NCBI GenBank assembly: GCA_024274695.1
Contig: JAJSAI010000025.1
Span: forward strand, 1-45,488
Reading direction: 5' to 3'
Length of the DNA stretch: 45,488 bases
From: an archaeon
Lineage (GTDB): Archaea; B1Sed10-29; JAJSAI01
The notes beneath the pieces are model-generated. The model saw only the letters and a list, made by a program, of their open reading frames with translations, did no database searches and was not told the DNA's origin. The number at the start of each line of letters is the position of its first letter. Within the stretch, counting starts at the first letter, position 1. Below are positions 17,631 to 27,092 of this stretch, in pieces. Both the position numbers and the translations under genes were made by a program.

Positions 17631-18662
17631 ATGGGTCTTCTCAGCATACTTCGCAGGAAAGCGCGAAAGGCTCTTCCAGGATACCAGGGGTCAAGGATAT
17701 GGAGCGTTCACAAAAAGGTTGAACGCAGCAGGCCAGTGCAGAAAGCAACCAGGTTCTTCAGAGAAGGGCAGAAAAGAAAGCTCGCCGACCAGAACAGCCT
17801 GTACGCTAAGTGGGTGAAGTATTCTGAAGAGAGGATAAAACAGATTGAACAAGGAAAAATTCCTAAAGACGTGTACGCGAAAGCGTTCGCGGTAGGAGCG
17901 CTGGAGTTCTTGAAAGAGGCTGAAATAGGCGGTGAGGCTCAAAAGTATGTTGACGGAGCAATACTCGCGCTCCAAGCATACCTCGCGTTCTCAGCAGCAA
18001 AAGACTATGTGAAAGCGGAAAAGGCCAGAAAAAGGATAGAAGAGAACCTCGCGGCGCTCAGGAGGAAACAGGAGGAGGATCTCTCAAGACTAAGGAGAAG
18101 ACTTGAAATAGCAGAGGGAGTGCAAGCAGGAGAAAGACCATTTTACACTATTGAACGCCTCCCCCAAGGAGGATACATGATAGTCCACGAGAAAGACGCT
18201 CTGATGAAGTACGCTGCCACCCTTGACACGTACGGAGCAATACTCCTCAGCGAGCTTGAGACCAAGAAGAGACCAGTGAAACTCAAGAAAAAGGTCAAGG
18301 TAAAGAAGGTTAAGAAGGTCAAAAAGCCTACGGCGGGATACGAGCAGTTGTTCTACACGGTGCTAGAAAAATCACCTCATTATGCTGAAGAGATGATGGG
18401 AGTCATGAAGCACATTGTCTCACACCCCGAAAAGTATCCCAGGATAGTCGTACAGTCCGCTGAAAAGGTGCTGTCCCTTGGCGAGGCCGTTGGGCTGAAA
18501 CCAGCCAGAGAAATAAGCCCCTCGGAACACTTCCGGAGAATGCTCCAGTTTGAGGATCTCTTCAGGCCTACAGGACAACTACAGGAAAGGGTGGACGACA
18601 CAACAAGCCTGACAATAATAAGAACCCTGGCGGAATTGGGCAGGAAAAGGAAGAGGAACTGA
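17631..18662 (+). CDS. Hypothetical Lys/Arg-rich helical protein
   Basis: 343-aa ORF, leaderless after AAAAAGGTTTATAA; basic N-terminus, internal KKKVKVKKVKKVKK, basic C-terminus. Confidence 0.75.
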   Translation: MGLLSILRRKARKALPGYQGSRIWSVHKKVERSRPVQKATRFFREGQKRKLADQNSLYAKWVKYSEERIKQIEQGKIPKDVYAKAFAVGALEFLKEAEIGGEAQKYVDGAILALQAYLAFSAAKDYVKAEKARKRIEENLAALRRKQEEDLSRLRRRLEIAEGVQAGERPFYTIERLPQGGYMIVHEKDALMKYAATLDTYGAILLSELETKKRPVKLKKKVKVKKVKKVKKPTAGYEQLFYTVLEKSPHYAEEMMGVMKHIVSHPEKYPRIVVQSAEKVLSLGEAVGLKPAREISPSEHFRRMLQFEDLFRPTGQLQERVDDTTSLTIIRTLAELGRKRKRN

Positions 18663-18717
18663 ACACGATCCTCCTAAGGAGCAATGTTTAAAATAGTCCC
18701 GTTCTTTTTCTTTCTTC

Positions 18718-20070
18718 ATGAATGGAAGATATGCTTTGGCTGTGCTAGCGTTGTCACTCCTCGTCACACAGGTGTATGGAATACTCAACGTCAACGACGC
18801 CTTGGAGATTGCTGTGGAGTACAAGACCTCAGAGGTTGAGGATCTTGGCATAGTGCCGCAGCAGGAGGTCTATCACAAGTCAACCCCATACTGGGTCATA
18901 GAGATCAAGAGAGGCAACGAGATATACGCTATGATCCCAATAAACGCTGAAACGGGAGAAGTAGAATACAAGGAAGACGTGGCAAAAGAAGTTATGAAAG
19001 TGCACCTCACTGCAAACTTCCTGAAGTCCAACAAGGGTATTCTTGATTTCGTGGAATCAAAAAAAGAGGCCGCAGAGGGGATAGAATCAGAAGTCAAGGA
19101 CAAGAAATCATTCCTTGACGAGATCAAGATCAACCTTCCTGAAAACGTGTCCCTCACTTCCCTCTCCGCGTACCGTAACGCGCTCGTCACAGCAGAATCT
19201 GCAGCCTCAAAAGTGCAGTCCGCGGCAATAGAAGTCAAACAGGCGATAAACCCTGCTAACATAAAGAGGGTGGACGACATAACCGCAGCACGGGCCAGGA
19301 TATCCTCCTTTGTTCTGGCGCAGTCCAAGTTAAACTCTGACCTGGAAAAGCTCTTGAAAAAAGCAGAGGACCTGAGGCTGGAGGCAGGAAGCAAAAGAAA
19401 CGAGATCGGAGAGGACACATATGCCGCGATATACACTGCCACACGGTTCAGCTCGTTTGACAACTCAAGACTCATCTCCTGGAAGAATGATCTGACAGAA
19501 TGGAGTGCTGAAGTGGACGGATTCTTCTCAGGAATAGAGGATAAAATGGATGACTTTTACGCAGAACTCATCAGGAGGACGCCTTCAAGCAATACTGGAA
19601 AGAGCATACTCGAGCACTATCTTAACTACACCGAAACGTACAATGCGCTTCTGGCGAACTACTCCCAGATGAGCGCCGAAAAACAGGAGAAGATGAACAC
19701 CCTTTCAGCGCTACTCAACGCACTCTATTCTGATTACCTAAAAGGTGATCAAGAGGCTGCAGAACAGAAGTATCCTGAGATAGAGAAATTCCTTTCAGAA
19801 ATTCAGAAACCTGAAGAGACCGCTCAAGAATGCCTGTCTGGACAGACGAGAACCTGCGGGGACAACGGAGTGCAGGAGTGCTCTGGAGGGAAGTGGGGCC
19901 CGTGTATAGAAACACCCCCTCAGGGACTGTCAGTAAACCCTGTGCTGCTGGCAAGCATTATATTATTAATCCTGGCAGTAGTAGTATACAAGTTCAAGGA
20001 TAGAATATTCGGAGGAGAAAAAGGTGAGGAAGAAACTGTTCCTCCTTATTATGATCTTTACGGCAAGTAG
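18718..20070 (+). CDS. Secreted, membrane-anchored protein (PepSY-like head, helical stalk, Cys-rich module)
   Basis: Signal peptide; PYWVIEI..IPINAETGEV PepSY-like; long helical region; ECLSGQTRTC..GVQECSGGKWGPC; C-terminal TM helix. Confidence 0.75.
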   Translation: MNGRYALAVLALSLLVTQVYGILNVNDALEIAVEYKTSEVEDLGIVPQQEVYHKSTPYWVIEIKRGNEIYAMIPINAETGEVEYKEDVAKEVMKVHLTANFLKSNKGILDFVESKKEAAEGIESEVKDKKSFLDEIKINLPENVSLTSLSAYRNALVTAESAASKVQSAAIEVKQAINPANIKRVDDITAARARISSFVLAQSKLNSDLEKLLKKAEDLRLEAGSKRNEIGEDTYAAIYTATRFSSFDNSRLISWKNDLTEWSAEVDGFFSGIEDKMDDFYAELIRRTPSSNTGKSILEHYLNYTETYNALLANYSQMSAEKQEKMNTLSALLNALYSDYLKGDQEAAEQKYPEIEKFLSEIQKPEETAQECLSGQTRTCGDNGVQECSGGKWGPCIETPPQGLSVNPVLLASIILLILAVVVYKFKDRIFGGEKGEEETVPPYYDLYGK

Positions 20071-20794
20071 CCTGGCAGCGGTAAACGCTCAAATAGACCT
20101 TGGCAAGGGAATCGCATACACGGGAGAAGACGTCAAGATCTCCGTGATCCTAACAAATCCCAGCCATCTTGCAGAGAGGGACATCACTGTTACCCTTCTT
20201 CTACCACAGGAACTGGGAGGAAACAGGCAGAGGAACATATCTGTTTTAGAGTACCAGACCCGGCGTACTGAAACATCTACTATTAAAATACCGTCAGACG
20301 CTGAACCGGGGAACTACCCTGTCAATGTAGAGGTGGCATATTCTGGGATATCCTACACCCTAAGAGAGCCTAAGATGCTGCAGGTGCTCAAGTTCCCTCT
20401 GGAGCTTGAGGTGTCCCTGGACCCTGACACCGTACAGAGCAGGAAAGAATCCTCTCTTCACATCACCCTCAGGAACACAGGATCCATTGACCTGGAGAAC
20501 GTGAGCGTGCAGGTTGACGCCGGAGATGTAGTGAGCGTGGAACACTCAAAAATACCTATAGGCCTGCTGTTAAAGGGCCAGGAGAATTCCTTAGTCATAC
20601 CAGTTAAGGCACCGAACACTCCAGGGAGTTATGTGCTGACAGTGGTAGTAAGGTTTGACGATGTCACAGGAAGCCACATGGAGTACAAGTCGGTAACGCT
20701 CAACGTCAGCAGAGGGTTCAGTTTGACATCCCTTATTCTGGCGGCAGCGGTCGCGGCGCTGATCATCTTCTTGTACAAAAAGTTCAAGGGATGA
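20024..20794 (+). CDS. S-layer/CARDB-like two-Ig-domain surface protein (COG1361-like)
   Basis: GTG start, signal peptide, IPSDAEPGNYPVNVEVAY, ITLRNTGSIDLENVSV, PGSYVLTVVVRF; C-terminal TM plus KK. Confidence 0.8.
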   Translation: MRKKLFLLIMIFTASSLAAVNAQIDLGKGIAYTGEDVKISVILTNPSHLAERDITVTLLLPQELGGNRQRNISVLEYQTRRTETSTIKIPSDAEPGNYPVNVEVAYSGISYTLREPKMLQVLKFPLELEVSLDPDTVQSRKESSLHITLRNTGSIDLENVSVQVDAGDVVSVEHSKIPIGLLLKGQENSLVIPVKAPNTPGSYVLTVVVRFDDVTGSHMEYKSVTLNVSRGFSLTSLILAAAVAALIIFLYKKFKG

Positions 20795-20801
20795 TCGCCC
20801 T

Positions 20802-21635
20802 ATGCCCACCAACGTAGGGTACGAGTATGCCCTTGCGGAAAAGAAGTATCTTGAAGCAAAAACAGTGGAAGAGAAACTGAAAGCTCTTGACGAGATGCTG
20901 GCAGCAGTCCCTAAGCACAAGGGAACAGAAGTTCTTAGGATGCAGTTACTCCAGAGGAGGGCCAAACTCAAGAAGGAGCTGGAGAGACAGAAAAGGGCTG
21001 GAAAAAGGGGAAAGCAGACCGGAGTGAAAAAGCAGGGATTTCAGATAGTCATAATCGGGCCTCCGAACTCAGGGAAATCAACCCTGCTGTCAAAGCTCAC
21101 TCCGGCCAGGCCTAAAATAGCAGATTATCCCTTCACAACACAAAAACCAGAAGTTGGGATGATGGATCTGGAAGGCGCGAAGATACAGATAGTAGAAGTT
21201 CCAGCCCTACTTCCAGGAGCCTCAGAAAACCAGGCAGAGCTTCTTTCCATAGTCATGAACGCTGACGCGATAATAATGATAGTTGAAAAGGAAGAGGACA
21301 AGGAATACCTGCTTAAGGAACTAGAAGAATTTGGGATAAGCAAGCCCATGCTGGTCATCAAGAAGGGAGAGGATCTGGACAAGGAAAGGATCCTGGAAGC
21401 CTTCGGGCTGATAAGAGTGTACACTAAAGAGCCATCAGAAGAACCTAAACTTACGGAGCCCCTTATCCTGAAGAAAGGAGCCACAGTGCTTGATGCTGCC
21501 AAAAAGATCCACAAGGACTTTTACAAGAACCTCGCGTACGCGAGGGTCTGGGGATCTTCAAAGTTCCCCGGTCAAAGAGTAGAAAAGGAGTACGTCCTCC
21601 ACGACGGGGACATAGTAGAATTTCACGCCAAGTAA
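20802..21635 (+). CDS. OBG/DRG-family GTPase with TGS domain (short form)
   Basis: PKHKGTE, G1 GPPNSGKS, G2 YPFTT, TGS IRVYTK..ARVWG..GQRV..DGDIVE. Confidence 0.9.
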   Translation: MPTNVGYEYALAEKKYLEAKTVEEKLKALDEMLAAVPKHKGTEVLRMQLLQRRAKLKKELERQKRAGKRGKQTGVKKQGFQIVIIGPPNSGKSTLLSKLTPARPKIADYPFTTQKPEVGMMDLEGAKIQIVEVPALLPGASENQAELLSIVMNADAIIMIVEKEEDKEYLLKELEEFGISKPMLVIKKGEDLDKERILEAFGLIRVYTKEPSEEPKLTEPLILKKGATVLDAAKKIHKDFYKNLAYARVWGSSKFPGQRVEKEYVLHDGDIVEFHAK

Positions 21636-21671
21636 AAAAGCATAAAAAATTAGAGGAGGTAGGAGGGCTCT

Positions 21672-22082
21672 TCAGCGCCTCCTTTTCTTTGTGGTTTTCT
21701 TCTTCTTAGCAGTCTTCTTTTTGGCTGTTTTCTTCTTGGCAGTCTTCTTCTTTTTCTTAGCAGCCTTCTTCTTAGTGGTCTTTTTCTTCTTCTTTGCAGT
21801 AGCCTTCTTTTTCTTCTTCTCTTCAAGTTTTCTTATTCCGATCTTCCTCACTCTCGGCTTCCATACCTTGGAACCCATCCACGCAGGGGCATTTTCCGGA
21901 GCAGGAACTCTCTCCCTAGAACCTATGTAAATGTGGATCTTCTTCGTTCCCCTCTCCCTGAGCTCAATCCTTTTTATTCCCCTGCTCGCTGCCTTCAAGG
22001 CCGCCTGCCTCGGGCTCCTTCCAGTGAACACGTGCTCCGTGTCCTTACCATTTTTGACAAGTACGAAGTACCTCTTTTCCAT
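21672..22082 (-). CDS. Non-histone chromosomal protein MC1 with Lys-rich C-terminal tail
   Basis: MC1 signature FTGRSPRQAALKAASRG..LRERGTKKIHIY.G....AP..APAWM....WKPRVRK; about 50-aa K/A/T tail; GGAGGT SD and TTTATAAA promoter. Confidence 0.9.
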   Translation of the reverse strand: MEKRYFVLVKNGKDTEHVFTGRSPRQAALKAASRGIKRIELRERGTKKIHIYIGSRERVPAPENAPAWMGSKVWKPRVRKIGIRKLEEKKKKKATAKKKKKTTKKKAAKKKKKTAKKKTAKKKTAKKKKTTKKRRR

Positions 22083-22239
22083 TCACACTACCTCCGCAAG
22101 TTTTTTCGCTATGTGAAGAAAACCCCTTTCCCTTTATAAACCTTTCGCTCAAAACCATTAGCCCGGAAAGAGGGGTTGCTTTGCTTGTGCAGTTTTATGG
22201 AGCGCAAAATATAATAACCTTAAAATTATTGAAAAACAC

Positions 22240-22758
22240 ATGAAGCCATGGATGATGCTCGTTTTTCTGGCGGCCGTGGTCCTCGTAGGATGCGTTTCCG
22301 GCACCGAAAACAGGATAGTAGTAACCAGCCCGGCGTTTAAAGACCATGCCATAATACCCGAAAAGTATTCCTGTGCCGGGCAGGACAAAAGCCCTCCCCT
22401 GGAGATAGCGGTAGTTCCTGAAGGAACAAAAAGTTTGGCCATCATAGTCACAGACCCCGACGCACCAGCAGGAGAATTCGTCCACTGGACCGCATGGAAC
22501 ATACCCGTGACCAGCAGGATACCAGAGGGAAGCCTGCCGCAAGGCGCGGTGGAAGGAACCAACGACTTTGGCAGCATAGGGTACGGTGGCCCCTGCCCGC
22601 CTCCGGGAAGCGTTCACAAGTACATGTTTAGAGTGTACGCGCTTGACACAACAATAAACCTGCCAATGGGAGCAGGGAAGACTGAACTGGAAAAGGCGAT
22701 GGAAGGGCACGTGCTAGCAGAGGGGAAACTAGTCGGGATCTACTCCCGCACGGCCTGA
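22240..22758 (+). CDS. YbhB/YbcL (PEBP/RKIP-like) lipoprotein
   Basis: Lipobox LVGC; SPAF..IPEKY, SPPL, DPDAP..FVHW, GYGGPCPP..HKYMFRVYALD. Confidence 0.93.
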   Translation: MKPWMMLVFLAAVVLVGCVSGTENRIVVTSPAFKDHAIIPEKYSCAGQDKSPPLEIAVVPEGTKSLAIIVTDPDAPAGEFVHWTAWNIPVTSRIPEGSLPQGAVEGTNDFGSIGYGGPCPPPGSVHKYMFRVYALDTTINLPMGAGKTELEKAMEGHVLAEGKLVGIYSRTA

Positions 22759-22795
22759 CAAAACGTTAATAATCTCCGGGGAGAGAAAAATACTA

Positions 22796-23644
22796 ATGAT
22801 AACAAAAAAACAGGTTGAAGCGCTTAAAAAGGCTAAAAAGGAGGAGATCAAGAAACTTGCAAGAAAGGCAGCCATAAGAGCAAAACTTGACCCTGGAACT
22901 CTCCTTCTACAAAAGACACTAAAGGAAAAGAACAAAATGCTGTACGAGATGTACAAGTCAGGCGACCTGTACGTATACCTTCCAAGGGTAGAGGGAAGGC
23001 CCATCCCTGAAAAAGAACTGCTTAAAAAGCTTCTTGATATCAACCACTTCTTTCAGAAGATGAAGTATGCCCCGAGCGAGAGAGAAGCGTTCGGCCTCGT
23101 GGCAGTCGTATACAAAGCGAACGTGCCCCTAAAAGATCTGGAAGAAGCGGTAAAAGAAATAGACAAGAGGGTAAAAGACCCTGAAGAGAGAAGGGCAAGA
23201 AAGAGCGCTTTCCTGCGCAAGATAATAGTGGGTTACAAGACAACAGGATACCGTAAAGAAGATCTAGTAAAGTATGCTCTGGAGCAGACTCTCAGGATAA
23301 GAGGAGAAAAGACAACCGCGAGAGAGGGCCTCTGGAGAACCTCTGTGGAGGGCGCGGCGCAGAGAATGGAGAAACTTGGCATTGAGGACAGAGAACTTGA
23401 AAGGCTCACAGCAGCAACGCTCTCGCGAGGGAAAGAGGTTAACGTGGACAAGGTGGCAGAAAGCGTTGAAAGGATATCCCGGATGAACCCGGCGTACGGG
23501 GAGCAGGCAAGGGAAATGGTAAAAGACGTGCTCTCCTCATCCATGGCGTCAGGCAGGTACACTGAAGAAACAATGCAGGCCCTTGAAGAAAGACTTGAAG
23601 AAATGGAGGAAGAAGTCAAGAAAAGAACTAAAAAGAGGGAGTAA
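22796..23644 (+). CDS. Hypothetical helical basic protein
   Basis: 282-aa K/E/R-rich ORF, leaderless after GTTAATAA; no family recognised. Confidence 0.7.
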   Translation: MITKKQVEALKKAKKEEIKKLARKAAIRAKLDPGTLLLQKTLKEKNKMLYEMYKSGDLYVYLPRVEGRPIPEKELLKKLLDINHFFQKMKYAPSEREAFGLVAVVYKANVPLKDLEEAVKEIDKRVKDPEERRARKSAFLRKIIVGYKTTGYRKEDLVKYALEQTLRIRGEKTTAREGLWRTSVEGAAQRMEKLGIEDRELERLTAATLSRGKEVNVDKVAESVERISRMNPAYGEQAREMVKDVLSSSMASGRYTEETMQALEERLEEMEEEVKKRTKKRE

Positions 23645-23657
23645 TCTTCTTTAGATC

Positions 23658-24587
23658 ATGCGGGTAGAACTCATCGCTTTTGATTCCTACGGGGTAAAGT
23701 CCAGTTGCGTGAAGATAACATCTGAGGACACCAGCGTGCTCATAGACCCGGGAGTTGCGTTCGAGGCAGGATCGTTCCCGTGGAGCCTGCCCAAGAGACT
23801 CGCCATGGAAGCCAGGTACTCCAGGACAATCGAAAAACACATCCGAGAAAGCGATGTGATCGTCTTATCCCACTACCACTACGATCATCATATTCCCTCC
23901 CCCTCCTTGTACAAGAACAAGGTCCTCCTTGTCAAGGACCCTGAAAATAAGATAAACAGATCACAGAAGTCCAGAGCAAGGAGTCTTCTGTCAGGACTGA
24001 AGGCGGACGTTAGAATAGCTGATGGAAACGAGTACGAGATCAACGGGATCAGACTGCGCTTCTCAGACCCTGCATGGCATGGTGTCCCCGGAACCAAGTT
24101 AGGATGGGTTATCATGACAACCCTGGAAACAGAGGGGGTTAGGATACTTCACTCCAGCGATGTGGACGGACCAGTATCAGAAGAACAGGCAGAGTACATA
24201 ATAAAACAAAAGCCAGATCTCCTTTTCCTGGACGGGTTTCCCACGTACCTCCTGGGATACCTTACCTCTTATTACAATCTGGCGAGAGCCGTGCTGAACA
24301 CTGAACGGATTGTGAAAAAAGTGGAAAAAACGATCCTGGATCATCACCTGCTCAGGGACTACAGGTACCCTGACTTGTACAAGGTAGTGTACGAGACCGC
24401 CGCAAAAAAAGGGTACATCGTCAGGACAGCCGCGGAGGAACTTGGCAAAGAGCCTGCGGTGCTGTCAGCGTACAAAAAGAACGGGCCCACAAAGTGGACC
24501 GAATGGAGCTCCCTGACAAGAGAAGACCTGCAAGGATTTATAGAACGGGCTGAAGAAAAGAACCTACTAAAGAGAGGGTTCGGATGA
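23658..24587 (+). CDS. Metallo-beta-lactamase-fold hydrolase (UPF0282-like)
   Basis: AFDSYGVKS, IDPG, SHYHYDHH, HSSD, LDGFPTYL, DHHLLRD. Confidence 0.88.
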   Translation: MRVELIAFDSYGVKSSCVKITSEDTSVLIDPGVAFEAGSFPWSLPKRLAMEARYSRTIEKHIRESDVIVLSHYHYDHHIPSPSLYKNKVLLVKDPENKINRSQKSRARSLLSGLKADVRIADGNEYEINGIRLRFSDPAWHGVPGTKLGWVIMTTLETEGVRILHSSDVDGPVSEEQAEYIIKQKPDLLFLDGFPTYLLGYLTSYYNLARAVLNTERIVKKVEKTILDHHLLRDYRYPDLYKVVYETAAKKGYIVRTAAEELGKEPAVLSAYKKNGPTKWTEWSSLTREDLQGFIERAEEKNLLKRGFG

Positions 24588-25720
24588 AGAAAAAGAGAAA
24601 GAAGATTCAGACACGGTTAGAACACTTTGACGAAAAAGGAAGAAAGCAGAAGATGCTTGAAGAGTACGGTGTAGAGATAACAGAACCCAAGACCAGAAAG
24701 GCTGATGAGAGAAAGGCTCTTGAATGGATCAGAAGTCATCCCGGCAAGCCCGTTCCACTACAGTTCTACCGGATACTCAAAAGAATGGCGGGCCTGAAAA
24801 GAAGGGCAGGAGAACACCCAGAAAAAAGGCAGACCGTCCTGGAAGACTTTGGAGTGGAAATACCCAAACTGCTGGAAGAACAGGAGAAAACGCTCCGGGA
24901 GTACCGCAGGAATAAAAGGGAATTCGAGAGAGAACTCAACTTCAAAAGGGAACTTGCGGACGCTATACTAAAGGGAGAGTACCATACTGAGATCCTTGGG
25001 CAGGGAAGACAGTACAAGACAAAAGTGATCAAGTACAAGTACGGTAGGAAAGCGGCAGTCATCAAAATAAGCGAGCCATGGTTTCCTGAAAAGGGGATAG
25101 AGGGAGCGTCCAAAGAAGAGTGGGATGAGAAGATACGGCAGACCCAGGAGGCCATAGAAATTCATAAAAGAATAGAAAAAGCGCTTGGGCCGTACGCTGC
25201 AAGATACTACGGCACGCAGATTTCCTTCGGAAAGAACGGGGAGGTTGTCGCGGTCCATGTTATGGAAAGAGGACGTCCCCTGCAAAGGTACGTCTACGAA
25301 AAAAGGGACGGCAAGTGGGTGAAAGTAGGGGAAGTGCCTGTAAACTATGATGACATAAGAAATTCTCTCCCTGATGCTGTGCGCATTATATTTGACGAAT
25401 GCAGGGCAGGAATCCACCCAGATCCTCACCCGAGCAACCTCGCAAAACGAATAGAGGTCAGGAAAAAAGAGCCGGAGTACATGGTAATAGACACTTTCCA
25501 CGACGAGCCACTGTACGCGGGCAGGCCCAAGTTCGAGGCGTACATGGCAGTATACCTCCGCAGGCTCGCGGAACTGTTCCCAAAAGAGTACAGGAGACTG
25601 CACGAGGAAGCGTACAAGTTCATTGAAAAAGAGTACGGCAGGTACGTCATGGAGAAAGTAAAAACCCGGACAGAAGCAGAGCTCGAGAAACTCAGGAAGG
25701 CAGGAGAACTTCCTGAGTAG
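24584..25720 (+). CDS. Divergent protein-kinase-like protein with N-terminal PIP-box-like repeats
   Basis: Gly loop ILGQG, AVIK lysine, hinge VMERG, catalytic HPDPHPSNL, Mg-binding VIDT; QxxLxx(F/Y) three times at the N-terminus. Confidence 0.7.
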   Translation: MKKKRKKIQTRLEHFDEKGRKQKMLEEYGVEITEPKTRKADERKALEWIRSHPGKPVPLQFYRILKRMAGLKRRAGEHPEKRQTVLEDFGVEIPKLLEEQEKTLREYRRNKREFERELNFKRELADAILKGEYHTEILGQGRQYKTKVIKYKYGRKAAVIKISEPWFPEKGIEGASKEEWDEKIRQTQEAIEIHKRIEKALGPYAARYYGTQISFGKNGEVVAVHVMERGRPLQRYVYEKRDGKWVKVGEVPVNYDDIRNSLPDAVRIIFDECRAGIHPDPHPSNLAKRIEVRKKEPEYMVIDTFHDEPLYAGRPKFEAYMAVYLRRLAELFPKEYRRLHEEAYKFIEKEYGRYVMEKVKTRTEAELEKLRKAGELPE

Positions 25721-25734
25721 AGGAGGAAGCTTAA

Positions 25735-26634
25735 TTGGTCACGCAGTGGATAATCCCAAAAGACTTCGTGAGCAAATACTCAAAGATACTTGGGGACGAG
25801 GTACGCGAGTTCATAAAATACTGTAAGATACCGACAAGACCAGCGGTCCGGATCAACACCCTGAAAAAAAGAGTGGAAGAAGTGCTGCGAGAGATAGACT
25901 TCATGAGCCCAGAAAAGATCCCCTTCTGCGACTACGCGTTCAGAATAAACTACGACAAGCCAGGCAATACCCTCTCTCACTTCCTAGGACACTACTACGT
26001 GCAAGACCCTGCATCCCTCGTGCCAGTAATACTGCTGGCACCAAAACCCGGCGAGAAGGTGCTTGACATGACAGCAGCCCCCGGAGGGAAAACAACCCAC
26101 ATCGCGCAACTCATGGAGAACAGGGGAACAGTGGTCGCTAATGACGTGCGGCTGGAGAGAGTGAAGATGCTGCGGAGCAACCTTGAGAGGATGGGAGTTC
26201 TGAATACCATCGTGACGATGAACGACGCGATGAGCCTGGGATACAAGAAATCTTTTGATAAGGTCCTTCTAGATGCTCCCTGCTCCAGCGAAGGAGAAGT
26301 GCGAAAACGATGGAACGCGCTGTCAGGCTGGAGTCAGCGCAGGGTGGAACAGTTCTCCAGAGTGCAGAAGAGAATGATCAAAAGGGCTGTCGCCGCGGCA
26401 AAACCCGGAGGGACCATAGTATACTCAACATGCACTCTCAGCCCAGAGGAAAACGAAGAGGTCATTCAGTATGCTTTGGAGAATCTTCCTGTGAAAATCG
26501 TGCGGCAGAGGATAAAAGGGTTAAAGCACAGGCCCGGGCTTGAGGGATACGATTGCAGGGACTGCCTGAGGATATGGCCTCAGGATAATGACACCATAGG
26601 ATTCTTTGCATGCAAGATGGTGAAAACAGCATGA
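25735..26634 (+). CDS. NOL1/NOP2/RsmF family RNA m5C methyltransferase
   Basis: YYVQDPAS, LDMTAAPGGKT, DKVLLDAPCSSEG, YSTCTLSPEENE. Confidence 0.94.
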   Translation: MVTQWIIPKDFVSKYSKILGDEVREFIKYCKIPTRPAVRINTLKKRVEEVLREIDFMSPEKIPFCDYAFRINYDKPGNTLSHFLGHYYVQDPASLVPVILLAPKPGEKVLDMTAAPGGKTTHIAQLMENRGTVVANDVRLERVKMLRSNLERMGVLNTIVTMNDAMSLGYKKSFDKVLLDAPCSSEGEVRKRWNALSGWSQRRVEQFSRVQKRMIKRAVAAAKPGGTIVYSTCTLSPEENEEVIQYALENLPVKIVRQRIKGLKHRPGLEGYDCRDCLRIWPQDNDTIGFFACKMVKTA

Positions 26635-27071
26635 GGTTCAAAAAGATTGATCCCGAACAGGTCATAGAATTCCTGTCAAGAGAGTATGGAGTGCCCGAAA
26701 AAGAGCTTGCTAACCTCTCTTTCTGGTCTTCAGGCAAGAGGGTGTGGGCATCGTCTGACGTGATCTTGCCAAAGGGAGTGAACATTCAAGGGATTGGGAT
26801 AGTGATAGGCAAAATGAAGGAAGGGAGGATCATTCCATCAAACGCGCTGTTCAAGAATTTCACGATAACCAAGAAGAAGATAGAACTAAGATCAGAAAAG
26901 GAAGTGAGAACCTTCATGTCAGGGGGGACTATCAAAATAGACAACGGCCCGAGGGGAATCGTGTGCGCCTCGTACAACGGAGAGAATATTGGAAAAGGGC
27001 TCAGCAACGGGAAAGAGGTATTAAGCCAGGTTCCAAAAGAGTTTAGGGCCAAGGGAATTCACATCCCCTAA
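26631..27071 (+). CDS. NIP7/RsmF-C-like PUA-domain partner of the m5C methyltransferase
   Basis: ATGA overlap with the MTase; pre-PUA/PUA-like pattern GIVIGK..FMSGG..NIGKG..SQVPK. Confidence 0.6.
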   Translation: MRFKKIDPEQVIEFLSREYGVPEKELANLSFWSSGKRVWASSDVILPKGVNIQGIGIVIGKMKEGRIIPSNALFKNFTITKKKIELRSEKEVRTFMSGGTIKIDNGPRGIVCASYNGENIGKGLSNGKEVLSQVPKEFRAKGIHIP

Positions 27072-27092
27072 CCCAAAAAGAAAGGAAAAGAT

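Noticed and set aside
21676-21825. TTC/TTT-rich repetitive DNA as a microsatellite or CRISPR-like array
   Set aside because: It is the coding sequence of the MC1 Lys-rich tail, with no fixed repeat-spacer structure. No CRISPR array was seen anywhere in the window.
25735-27071. m5C methyltransferase with a separate PUA-like gene as a novel split enzyme
   Set aside because: NOL1/NOP2 genes next to a NIP7/PUA-like gene are a familiar archaeal arrangement.
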